A stretch of 63,853 nt of DNA, counting the filler, from Klebsormidium nitens (taxonomy: Eukaryota; Plantae; Klebsormidiophyceae): assembly GCA_000708835.1 (NCBI GenBank). It is 6 parts of 6 records of this genome, joined end to end, with 100 filler letters (N's around TTAATTAATTAA, not from the genome) between each part and the next. Parts side by side here need not be neighbours in the genome. Positions count along the whole stretch, not along the records: positions 1 to 24,394 come from DF237535.1; 5 more parts are not named here. The stretch is one strand, 5' to 3'. The notes under the pieces are model-generated. The model was not told the origin of the DNA and searched no databases. It was given only the letters and a program-made list of their open reading frames with translations. Each line of letters starts with the position of its first letter. The first letter of the stretch is position 1. The translations under genes and the position numbers were made by a program. This document shows, piece after piece, positions 10,028-18,871 of the stretch.

Positions 10028-11488
10028 TTACGCCCGCTTCCGCTTCTGTCCTACTTGCTGGCTCGGAACTTCACTTTCCCAGTCGTAGCCGTCGTAGAAC
10101 ATGTGCTCGACTGTCACCTCGCGCTCCGGCACGTGGGTGAGGTGGTGACGGAGGCGCTCGATGTATGCGCGGTTGCGATTCTCCCACATGCTCTTGTCTC
10201 TGATCACCGGCACGCCTAACTTGTTGTATTGAAAACAGCTGGGAACCTTCCTTCCTCCAGCCGACGTGAAGCCGTCTGGGTTGAATCGCAGCTGGACCTG
10301 GGGCCGGTTGCCGGCGTCCTGGAACAGCTCCATGAGCCTTTTGTTCTCGCACGCGGAGTTCCGGTGCTGATCCTCGTCGTTCTCTAAGTGCACGGTATGA
10401 GTGTACATGTCGACGAAAACGTCGGGTCTCCTCGCCGAGCAACCTCCTTGGACCCTCTTGTCGAATGTTATGTCCGCGTGCTCGGGGAGAATGTCTGCCG
10501 CTTTGATAGCGTCAGCGAAGTGCTGCTCTTTGACCTTGAGATTCCGAGAGACCTTCTCGCCTGGAAAGAGATGCACGAAGCACCGGAGGCAGTGTCCTCT
10601 GTAACGCTTTCCGACGTGGGTCCCACACCCGTTGACGCACTTCGGAGACACTACATTCACCATCTCGACAGACTTGCACTTGCCGCAGTGTGTGGCCTTG
10701 TCGCCTTCCATTGCGAACGAAGGCTGCCCCCTCCCGCAGGCGCACTTCGGGGATACTACGTTCACCAAATCGACGGATTTGCACTTGCCGCAGTGTGTGG
10801 CCTTGCCTCCTTGATGTCCGAAAGAAGGTACCCCTTCCCCACAGGCGCACTTCTTGTGCTTTACATTTACCATGTCGTCGGACTTGCACTTTTTGCAATG
10901 AGTAGCTTTGCCGCCTTCGAGTCCGAATGAGGGTGCCCTCCCACAACCACACTTCATACTTCTTACATTCACCATGTGCTCGCCCTTGCACTTGCTGCAA
11001 TGCGTGGCTCTACTGCCTCGGACACCGAAGGAAGGTGCCCCCCTCCCACACGCACACTTTTGGCTCTTCACGTCTATCATGTTATCGGATCTGCACTTGC
11101 TGCAATGGGTCGCTCTGCCACCCTTGAGCCCGTACTGCGGCTGGCTCTTTCCACAGAAGCACTTTGGAGACACCACGTTCTTCATATCAACGGATCTGCA
11201 CTTGCCGCAGTGAGTAGCCTTGCCACCCTCGATACCGAATGCAGGGTACCCCTCCCCGCAGAAACATTTCCGGTGTGCCACGTCCACCAGATCATCAGAC
11301 TTGCACTTTTTGCAATGAGTAGCTTTGCCGCCTTCGACCCCGAAAGACGGCCACTTTCCACACGCACATTTCCGGTTCACCAAATCCACCATCTTCTCAG
11401 ACTTGCATTTGCTGCAATGAGTTGCTTTGCCGCCTTCTATTCCGAAGGAGGGTCGCACTATGCGACAAGGACATGTAGCCTTCGCCAT
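10028..11488 (-). CDS. EsV-1-7-type Cys-rich repeat protein (8 repeats) with C-terminal PD-(D/E)xK/Vsr-like endonuclease
   Basis: Eight ~34-35-aa units CxCG...PSFGxEGGKATHCxKCK, then RRPDVFVD...LENDEDQH...LRFNPD. Confidence 0.85.
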   Translation of the reverse strand: MAKATCPCRIVRPSFGIEGGKATHCSKCKSEKMVDLVNRKCACGKWPSFGVEGGKATHCKKCKSDDLVDVAHRKCFCGEGYPAFGIEGGKATHCGKCRSVDMKNVVSPKCFCGKSQPQYGLKGGRATHCSKCRSDNMIDVKSQKCACGRGAPSFGVRGSRATHCSKCKGEHMVNVRSMKCGCGRAPSFGLEGGKATHCKKCKSDDMVNVKHKKCACGEGVPSFGHQGGKATHCGKCKSVDLVNVVSPKCACGRGQPSFAMEGDKATHCGKCKSVEMVNVVSPKCVNGCGTHVGKRYRGHCLRCFVHLFPGEKVSRNLKVKEQHFADAIKAADILPEHADITFDKRVQGGCSARRPDVFVDMYTHTVHLENDEDQHRNSACENKRLMELFQDAGNRPQVQLRFNPDGFTSAGGRKVPSCFQYNKLGVPVIRDKSMWENRNRAYIERLRHHLTHVPEREVTVEHMFYDGYDWESEVPSQQVGQKRKRA

Positions 11489-11693
11489 CTGGGTAAACGC
11501 GTCGGGATGATCGTACTGAGTCCCGAAGGCTCCCTATATCGAATGCCTCAGGTACATTGGGGCACTTTTTGACATCCACATGAAATTCCGCAGACCCGAA
11601 ATGGTCATATATCGATCGTTATTCCCATAAGTACATCGGGATCGAACTGAGGAAATATTGGGAAGACCTTGGACCCGAGAATGGCTGTCCATC

Positions 11694-12794
11694 TTAATAT
11701 GAAGTAGGAATAAATTGCCAGCGTAGATCACGGCATATCTGTTGCCAGATCGAGTCATGCGTTCGTAACTTCTGTCTGCTCTTCAACAGGGGCAGGTACG
11801 GTAGCATCTGATCCTCCCCGAGCAACTGAAAAAACTTGAAGAGGACGTAATTGTAGCTAAGAAAGTTTGACCTCCCCTCCGGCGCGTACTTTTGAAACGG
11901 CTCTTGCACCGCCGAGAACATGACTATGATCTTCTCCTCGGTCTCCGGGCTCAATCGTGGTGGCGACACCCCTAGGGACTGGCAGATCGACACTGAATGC
12001 TCATAGAACTTGGAGAGATTCAGCTTCTTCAGGTAGCCCCGCACTCTCTGTGGGTTGATCTCGTCGACAGACGTTATGCGCGCCTTTCGGAATTCGGCCT
12101 TCACTTTGTCGATCACGTCCTGGGGGATGACCGTGGTCTCTTTGCCCAGGATTTGGTTGAGCCACTCGATGAGATGCACCGCCCTTTTGTAGCTGAAGGA
12201 GGGTGTCACGTTGCACGTGATCTCTTGTTCGTAAGTTAGGTTCTCCCTGGAAAATCCCAGGACGGTCTCGGACAAGCCGCACTCGGGGCACACCATGGAT
12301 CCCTCGTGGGGGATTGATAAGAGCGTGACCTCGCAGTCGGGGCACGTGTGTATATCTTGTTTGTACTCGCCTTTCCTTATGAGTATGTCCGTGAGGGCCG
12401 AGTGAGCTGCTGCGTATTGAGGAGACAAGGGATCGGCCGTGGCGACGACGTACTTGAGATTCAGTGTGCCGAGTCCGGAGGTACCCTTGTCCGCAGTCTG
12501 TACGGTGACAAAATCTTTGATGTTGCCGTACTTTCTCTGGGGCGGCTTCTTCGATGATTCTTCCTCTTCTTTCTTTCTCTCGTTCTCTTGGAGTTCCTTT
12601 ACTCTCTTCGTCTCCGTCTCATACTCTCGGAGCAAAGGCGCCGCGTTGAGAAGGTACTGAATCTTATCCGAAGAGAGTTCTCCAGACGCGCCTCTCTGTC
12701 CTTCCAGCTGATGTAAGCGGTTCCTGTGCATCGTCTCCAACGTTGAGGCCTGAAAGGTAGCCATGATCCGTTCGATGTTTGAAGAGTTCGACAT
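11694..12794 (-). CDS. VLTF3: Late transcription factor VLTF3-like
   Basis: Zn ribbon CPDC...VCPECG, FSYKRAVHLIEWLNQILGKE, and RSNFLSYNYVLFKFFQLLG...LLKSRQKL...D.IWQQIC..L.WQFIP. Confidence 0.93.
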   Translation of the reverse strand: MSNSSNIERIMATFQASTLETMHRNRLHQLEGQRGASGELSSDKIQYLLNAAPLLREYETETKRVKELQENERKKEEEESSKKPPQRKYGNIKDFVTVQTADKGTSGLGTLNLKYVVATADPLSPQYAAAHSALTDILIRKGEYKQDIHTCPDCEVTLLSIPHEGSMVCPECGLSETVLGFSRENLTYEQEITCNVTPSFSYKRAVHLIEWLNQILGKETTVIPQDVIDKVKAEFRKARITSVDEINPQRVRGYLKKLNLSKFYEHSVSICQSLGVSPPRLSPETEEKIIVMFSAVQEPFQKYAPEGRSNFLSYNYVLFKFFQLLGEDQMLPYLPLLKSRQKLRTHDSIWQQICRDLRWQFIPTSY

Positions 12795-12868
12795 TGCACG
12801 AGTCCCTAAATAGCGTCACACAAAATTCGTTCGAGTGCTCTTTGCTTATTTCGAGACAATGCACAGGG

Positions 12869-13645
12869 ATGAGAGAGAAGAACGTGCTCAGCATAGACAT
12901 CGGAATCCGATACCTCGCGTACTGCCTGATGGGACCAGAGACGAAGGAGGTCAAAGCGTTTGGAATTCTGGACATAGGGGAGGAGGGCGTCACCCACAAC
13001 AGGATCGATTCGGGTACCGTCGCGAGGCTGAAGAGAGCGTTCGATGGACTGCTCGAGAAAATCGAAGAACCGAGCATAGTGATTGTAGAGAATCAACCAC
13101 CTATAGCGAAGCTCATGCGAGTGATCCAAGGCATGACCGAGATGTACTTTGTCTGCAGAGAGGGCGTCGATAGGGTCGTCGTGTTCGACGGACGAAAGAA
13201 GATAGTAGGGGCCAGAACGAAGGGGCTCTCCGGCAGAGCGAACTATGCACAGCGTAAGAAGGCAGCCGTGGAAGAGTGTGCAGGATTCCTTCGGTCTACC
13301 GCACAGAGCGAGGAGACGCGTCTGATATTCAAAGGTTCCAAGAAAAAGGACGACCTGGCAGACGCTCTGATACAGGCACTCAGATTTATCGACGAGGCAC
13401 GGAAAAAAAATATCTGTTGTCCAGTATATACGACAGGAAGCTATGGCCAGGACCAAGGGAGCGGGTGCCAAGACCTCGTCCAAGAGCAAGCCCAGGAAGA
13501 CCGCAACCAAGAGCCGGACCAAGAGAAAGTCGTCGTGGGGAAAGAAGGGCTCGAGGAGCGTGACCGTCTTCACTCCTTTGAAGATGAGCGGGAAATCCGT
13601 GGGGGGTTGCGAATTTCCTCAGGGGCCGGCACTGACCCTGGATGA
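12869..13645 (+). CDS. RuvC/poxvirus A22-like Holliday junction resolvase
   Basis: VLSIDIGIRYLAYC, IVIVENQPP and KKDDLADALIQAL supply the acidic catalytic motifs; C-terminal extension overlaps the next ORF. Confidence 0.85.
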   Translation: MREKNVLSIDIGIRYLAYCLMGPETKEVKAFGILDIGEEGVTHNRIDSGTVARLKRAFDGLLEKIEEPSIVIVENQPPIAKLMRVIQGMTEMYFVCREGVDRVVVFDGRKKIVGARTKGLSGRANYAQRKKAAVEECAGFLRSTAQSEETRLIFKGSKKKDDLADALIQALRFIDEARKKNICCPVYTTGSYGQDQGSGCQDLVQEQAQEDRNQEPDQEKVVVGKEGLEERDRLHSFEDEREIRGGLRISSGAGTDPG

Positions 13646-14132
13646 TGCGATGGCTCGTGAGTACACAAAGTATGCTCGCCAGATGTATGTGGTGATGGCG
13701 AAGTTCCGCAATCTCGATAGGTGTCTCATCTTGAAGCATGGGCCGACTTATACGGGCGCTAATCTGAACCGTTCGGAGGCCGAAGCTCTAGCGGACCTGC
13801 GTCTCAAAGCCAAAGATATCCAGCACCAGTACCAGCAGTCTTGCGCGAGAAAGAACTTCCAGTTCAGATGGAATACAAAGACCGACTTCAACCGTCAGGC
13901 CCTGGTAGACAAGGATAAAAATGAATTCGCACAGCTCGAGGCCTCGTACGGTGTCGGAGCGATGGACAACAAACTGGCAGGGGTGGGTAGTAAGTTCGAC
14001 CCAAGTGGCTGGGCCTGTGCTGCTTTCTCTAGAGCGTCGCCTTTTGCTGACATGGCCTACGATGAGGGGTTCGACGGAGACTACGGTGACGACTACGGAG
14101 CAGATGAGGGCTTCTACGGTGACGTCTACTGA
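13443..14132 (+). CDS. Basic viral protein with histone H3-like N-terminal tail and acidic Tyr-rich C-terminus
   Basis: MARTKGAGAKTSSKSKPRKTATKSRTKRKSS; GTATATAC 11 nt upstream of the ATG. Confidence 0.7.
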   Translation: MARTKGAGAKTSSKSKPRKTATKSRTKRKSSWGKKGSRSVTVFTPLKMSGKSVGGCEFPQGPALTLDDAMAREYTKYARQMYVVMAKFRNLDRCLILKHGPTYTGANLNRSEAEALADLRLKAKDIQHQYQQSCARKNFQFRWNTKTDFNRQALVDKDKNEFAQLEASYGVGAMDNKLAGVGSKFDPSGWACAAFSRASPFADMAYDEGFDGDYGDDYGADEGFYGDVY

Positions 14133-14600
14133 TCAGTCTGTGGCGTAGGGCTTGTTGTCGATGTGAAGCCATTCGTTAGGGGGGAGCGCAGACTCCTTCA
14201 ACCTCCTCATCCTTTTGCGGAAGCGGTGCATCAAGAGGGCCAACATAGCCGAGAGGAATAACAATGGTATGGTGTTCTCCACGGTCATCAGCTCCCACGT
14301 GGTACGTAGCCGGGCGAGCACTCCCTTTGAGAGCTGCCCTGTCAATCGGTGGATGCAAGACAAGGTGGATCCGAGTCCGCTGACGCCTGCCGACACGATC
14401 GTTCGCTCCTGAGCATCGACGGGCGCCTCCGAGAGTACGACGTGTCCTGTGGCCTTCGCGCTAGGGGTCACGGAGAACGGATCGTCGGAAACGAGCGTCT
14501 TGGTCATTCCGATCTCGTCTGGTCGCGTAGCTGTCAACAGGTTCGAAAATGGGATCCCCTTTGCCGAAAGCTTGGAGGCGCGCTTGAGTGTGTCGCCCAT
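14133..14600 (-). CDS. Viral hypothetical protein with C-terminal transmembrane helix
   Basis: ATG 14600 inside the longer listed ORF; IPLLFLSAMLALLM followed by a basic stretch; stop abuts the neighbour's stop. Confidence 0.55.
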   Translation of the reverse strand: MGDTLKRASKLSAKGIPFSNLLTATRPDEIGMTKTLVSDDPFSVTPSAKATGHVVLSEAPVDAQERTIVSAGVSGLGSTLSCIHRLTGQLSKGVLARLRTTWELMTVENTIPLLFLSAMLALLMHRFRKRMRRLKESALPPNEWLHIDNKPYATD

Positions 14601-14693
14601 CTTCTCTGCAGTAAGCTGCAGATTATTCACGATGACCTTTTTCCCAGCGTCCGTCCAGGATGCAGAGAAAAAGTTCACGCGCCATCTTACAAC

Positions 14694-15230
14694 ATGTCGG
14701 CCGACTTTCAGAGGTTGCTCAAGGAGCGAGAAGAGCAGCTCGGTGGACGAGAAGCGTCCCCCAACACGGCTCCGCCCCCACAGAATCCAGTCAATCCTAG
14801 CTTCGATCCTCGCGATAGTCTTCAGACACGTTCCAACGGCGCCGCTCCTGCAGAAGGGGGTACTCCTCTGAGCATGCTCTATGACCAGAAAGAGCCACCT
14901 GTTGAGATGATGCAAGAAGAAGGCAACCCAGAAGTACAGAGAGAAGTGTACTACCAGAGACCCATATACGAACCCCAACTCGCCCCTCTGGAGCCACCGC
15001 CCAGGGACGCTTCGGACGACGCCAACAGGCGTCTCGGCATGACAGTGTTCTTAATCTGCATGACACTCTTTGCACCCCCTTTGCAGGCGAAACTAGCCGA
15101 ATTTCTCCCGCGGGTCCTGACTTTCGACGAGAGTTGGCAGCAAGTGATCGTACGAGCCCTCATGACGTCCTTTGCATTCTATGCGTTCCGGCGATTCTTG
15201 ACCAGTCCGAAAACTCAGCTGATGTATTGA
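14694..15230 (+). CDS. Viral membrane protein, Pro-rich N-half with two C-terminal hydrophobic helices
   Basis: ATG 14694 (MSADFQRLL), divergent from the 14600 gene; LGMTVFLICMTLF and VIVRALMTSFAFYAF. Confidence 0.6.
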   Translation: MSADFQRLLKEREEQLGGREASPNTAPPPQNPVNPSFDPRDSLQTRSNGAAPAEGGTPLSMLYDQKEPPVEMMQEEGNPEVQREVYYQRPIYEPQLAPLEPPPRDASDDANRRLGMTVFLICMTLFAPPLQAKLAEFLPRVLTFDESWQQVIVRALMTSFAFYAFRRFLTSPKTQLMY

Positions 15231-15821
15231 TCAAGGGATCCAGACGGGCCGCCTCATGATGACCGGCGCTCCTTTGATCGGTGTGTGCCTGATCGTGCTG
15301 CCGCAATAACGCCCCGGGTTCGCCGGGCTGAAAGCTTGATAGTTATACAGTTTGGCTTCTAGGGCTAGTTCTAACAAGCGCTTAAAGTTCTTCTTAAACT
15401 CTGCATCGTGGTCCCAACCATTGCTCGCCATATGTGCCAGTTCATGCGTGAGAACAAAGGTGACAGTGTCTTCGTGCTGTTCTCTCTTATCTTCGGGGAT
15501 GCACAAGGTCATCTCCGCTCCCTTATCTCTTGTGTAAGCTGCATAACCGACGGAAGGGGGTATCGCTCGTATTCGGGTGTTGTGCCTTTTGTAACGTGCG
15601 ATCAATCGTTTGACGACCGGATCCTCTCGGATGCTAGGATCGGCATTGTTTGCTAGCCAGCGGATGAACCGACGGAGTCTCCTGTTTGCAAACACGATCA
15701 CGCTGTGCTCCTCGTTGATCTTTGAGAACCGTCTATCAGCAGTCGTATTCCTGATCCGGAGCATGAGCAGTATTACTAAGAGAGACAGGAATAATTTCTC
15801 CATCGCCCCATCAAGGTCCAT
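15231..15821 (-). CDS. NCLDV WLM-like zinc metallopeptidase
   Basis: N-terminal TM, AAYTRDKGAEMTLCI, HELAH zinc motif, H.EF..NF..LL, and YCG. Confidence 0.85.
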   Translation of the reverse strand: MDLDGAMEKLFLSLLVILLMLRIRNTTADRRFSKINEEHSVIVFANRRLRRFIRWLANNADPSIREDPVVKRLIARYKRHNTRIRAIPPSVGYAAYTRDKGAEMTLCIPEDKREQHEDTVTFVLTHELAHMASNGWDHDAEFKKNFKRLLELALEAKLYNYQAFSPANPGRYCGSTIRHTPIKGAPVIMRRPVWIP

Positions 15822-15906
15822 CTTCTACACTGCAATCATCGTACAAAAAAAAGCACGTCGCGAGGCGGTCCAATTTATTCTTTGGCGATTGTAGTCAGGA
15901 GGAGCT

Positions 15907-17679
15907 ATGGCTGCCGCCATCAACACAACTCTCCAGAATACTGCTTAGCCCCTGACTCCGATACCTTTGGGTCCGATAGTCGAGAATACGACCCAAGCGC
16001 CACAAATAGCGACCGCAACGCCCAGTCCCGTGATAATCACGCAGATCCCTACGCCGAGGGTGACCGAAACCACCCCGCTTCCGACGCAGCCTCTTCCTGG
16101 TGCTACCACTCCACTACCGACGCAGTCTCTTCCTGGTGTTACCACTCCACTACCGACGCAACCTCTTCCAAGTGCGGCCACACCGCTGCCGACGCAACCC
16201 GTTCCCGGTGCGACAACTCCACTGCCCACGCAGCGCCCTCCGATCACTCCTGCTCCCACGCAACCTCTTCCCGGTGCAACGACTCCGCTTCCGATACAAC
16301 GCCCCCTCGTCACCCCCGCTCCGACGCAGCAACCTCTCATAACTCAAGCTCCAGCTGCTACGCCGACACTCTTGCCGAACGCTCCCACTAGGCCTCCTCT
16401 TGCGACGGATCCGAGCCCCATAACGCTTCCACCCGCACCCGGCTTTACTCCCAGTCCATCGATCAATCCGACGAACATCAGCACGCTCTCCGGCAACAGC
16501 AGCTCTACGCACTCGTCGGCACTTATTCTCGCACTATGTGGTACTTTTGGTGGCTTTGTTCTCCTGCTGTTACAGCTCTTCTTCGCGAGACGCTGTTGGT
16601 TGCGGCGTGTCAGGAGGCGAGGTCCGCCCGAACTTCCAATGACCGAACTGACATTTGAGACCTTGACTAAGACTCGCCTGAGTGACGAACCTCAGGTCCG
16701 GAGATTTGAAAAGACTCGTTTCAACTACGAGGAGCTGGCGAGAGCGACCGACGACTTTTCGGACGAGCGGCTCCTCGGGCTGGGTGGATTCGGCAAGGTC
16801 TACAAAGGAGAACTGCCGGATGGGCGAACCGTGGCCATAAAGTGGTCCACGGTCGAAGGCCCTGCCGCCGTCGGCGAGCGCGAGTTTCAATCGGAGTTGG
16901 AGGTCATCTCGCGGGTGCATCACAAACATCTCGTCTCCTTTCTGGGTTACGCCCTCGAAGGGAACAAACGGCTGTTGGTTTTGCAATACATGAGCAACGG
17001 TACGCTTCAATCACTCATTCAGTCACCCAGATCCCTCACCTGGCCGGCGAGGCTCAAGGCAGCAATAGGTGCCGCGAAAGGACTCACATATCTACATGAG
17101 GATTGTCAGCCCAGCATCATTCATCGAGACATTAAATCTAGCAACATCCTGATGGACTCGAACATGGATGCACGCGTGGCCGATTTCGGCATCTCGAAGC
17201 TGAAGGAGGAGTCGACACTCGATACCCATATCAGCACGAGGGTCATGGGAACTTTCGGATACCTCGATCTAGCCTACGCAAGTACCGGTAGGTTGACGAA
17301 GGAATCTGACGTCTACGGTTTCGGGGTGATGTTGTTGGAACTCGTTTCGGGTCGCAAGCCGGTGGACATGACCAGAGATCCAGGAGAAGAGAGCTTAGTG
17401 GAGTGGGCGCGTCCTATAATCGAAGACAGACTATACTTCCGGCTCATAGACCCTTTCTTACGTGACGAGGGTTACGAACGAGCAGAGATAGTACGCATGA
17501 TCAAGACCGCTGGCATGTGCATCAACACTGTCGCCCACATGAGGCCCGGCATGTCTCAGGTAGTGCGTTTCTTGGAAGGAAATGGCCGCCCCGAAAGTCC
17601 CAGACGTAGGTTTGGGAGCACAGACTTTGAACAGACTAACACGGTCGTAGAGCCCGAAGAATTCAGCTCGCCGAGATGA
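15907..17679 (+). pseudogene. Intronless PERK-like receptor kinase (Pro/Thr-rich ectodomain, TM, Ser/Thr kinase) with in-frame TAG at codon 14
   Basis: ATG 15907 reads MAAAINTTLQNTA*PLTP in frame with the listed ORF. TM ALILALCGTFGGFVLLLL; RFNYEEL..AT..FS, GLGGFGKVYKG, HRDIKSSNIL, DFG, HISTRVMGTFGYL. Confidence 0.85.
16069..16340 (+). repeat. Coding tandem repeat, ~36 nt / 12 aa (TTPLPTQPLPGA), about 8 units
   Basis: Visible in both the DNA and the translated ectodomain. Confidence 0.9.
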
Positions 17680-17719
17680 GTAACCATCCGAGATCGATCG
17701 CATAGGCTCAGAGACCCTG

Positions 17720-17811
17720 AAACCCTAAATTTCGAGGCCTCTTATTTCGAACTACGAACCCTAAAACCAACCACGTGATTGAGAAACGACTTTGGACAGT
17801 CAAAACCCTAA
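17720..17811 (+). promoter_or_regulatory. Telo-box cluster and G-box upstream of the MYB-like gene
   Basis: AAACCCTAA at 17720-17728 and 17803-17811, AACCCTAA at 17757-17764, CACGTG at 17772-17777. Confidence 0.4.
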
Positions 17812-18071
17812 AAAACGACTGTAGTGTGGTACAGTTTCGGACGGGGCGTAAAAGTGACGCGCAGTATACCGAGTGTTGCCGCGACAAGCGAACGACGACA
17901 TTTTCGGATGGCATTAGTCGAGACTGCCACTCATCATCCGAAAGTACCATCCGAAAACGACACTTACAGGAAAGATGGTCTCGTCCAAAATGCAGCCACT
18001 GGTAGCATACATCTTTCCTCCTTGGAGACAACGTGCAAAGCAAAGTATCGCCCACTTTGCTGAATTCAGCC

Positions 18072-18833
18072 ATGCGCTGGTCGAAGCAAGAAGACCTCTC
18101 TCTGTTCAGTATGGGTACCTCCTTGTTGAAAATTGATGGAGGTATCGACTGGAAGAAAGTGTCGAGGAACATCCGCCACTCTCTGCCAGCAAAAAAACGA
18201 GTCACGAGCAATGCTTGCAAAGCCAGATGGAGTGTCCTCTTCCTGGAGAAGAGGCCGTGGACCTTTGAAGATGATGTGATTCTCGCTCAGTTTTTCAGAC
18301 ACGTCGGGCACCATTGGGATTCCTGCGCGCGAGGTTTAGGTCGGACCACCAGTGGTGTGCTGGAGAGGTGGGACTGGCTCACACACAATGAGATGGTGGA
18401 CTTGAGAGGTGAGTAGACCAGTCTATTTCTGTCGTCGTTGACCTACTTCTGAAGTAGCTCATTGTAACATCGCAACACAGTATACCTGGGTTGGGATGTC
18501 GCACTTACCCAGATTCCTCGCCCTAATGCAGGCTATCACAAGCGTGAGGAGCTATTCAACGAAGATTTCATCGCGCACAAGAAGAGGAAGAGAGAACTGC
18601 ACGCTTCACCGAGCTCTTCGGCTCGGTCAGAGCTCAGCTTCGATGAGGATGTAGACAGCGATCTCTGGAAGTTGCACGAATTTGTCGACACCTCGAGCAT
18701 CAGCCTAAAGGATTGGGAAGTGGAGGAAGAGATTCTCTCTCAAGAAATACTGAGTGTGCCTAGAACAAAGTCAGAAGTCGAGCTACTCTGTGATGAGTCT
18801 TGGAATGACATTGAGGATTTTTTCTATGACTAA
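18072..18833 (+). CDS. Two-repeat MYB/SANT protein with acidic C-terminus; join(18072..18408,18481..18833), 229 aa
   Basis: RWSKQED...IDWKKVS...CKARW and PWTFEDDVIL...HWDSCARGLGRT...ERW. Splicing out 18409-18480 joins these in frame to VYLGWD...ESWNDIEDFFYD*. Confidence 0.75.
18409..18480 (+). other. 72-nt GT-AG spliceosomal intron in the MYB-like gene
   Basis: AG|GTGAGT donor and aacacag| acceptor; removal restores the frame. Confidence 0.75.
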
Positions 18834-18871
18834 GAGTGCGGATTTCCTGAGGAATTAAGTTTGTTTTCAGT

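Noticed and set aside
13790-13830. AKDIQ resembling H3 PKDIQL as evidence of a true histone fold
   Set aside because: The intervening helices do not align convincingly with H3, so only the tail similarity is claimed.
17775-18063. Short ORFs upstream of the MYB gene as a third Myb repeat
   Set aside because: Trp spacing does not fit, and no frame-restoring splice was found.
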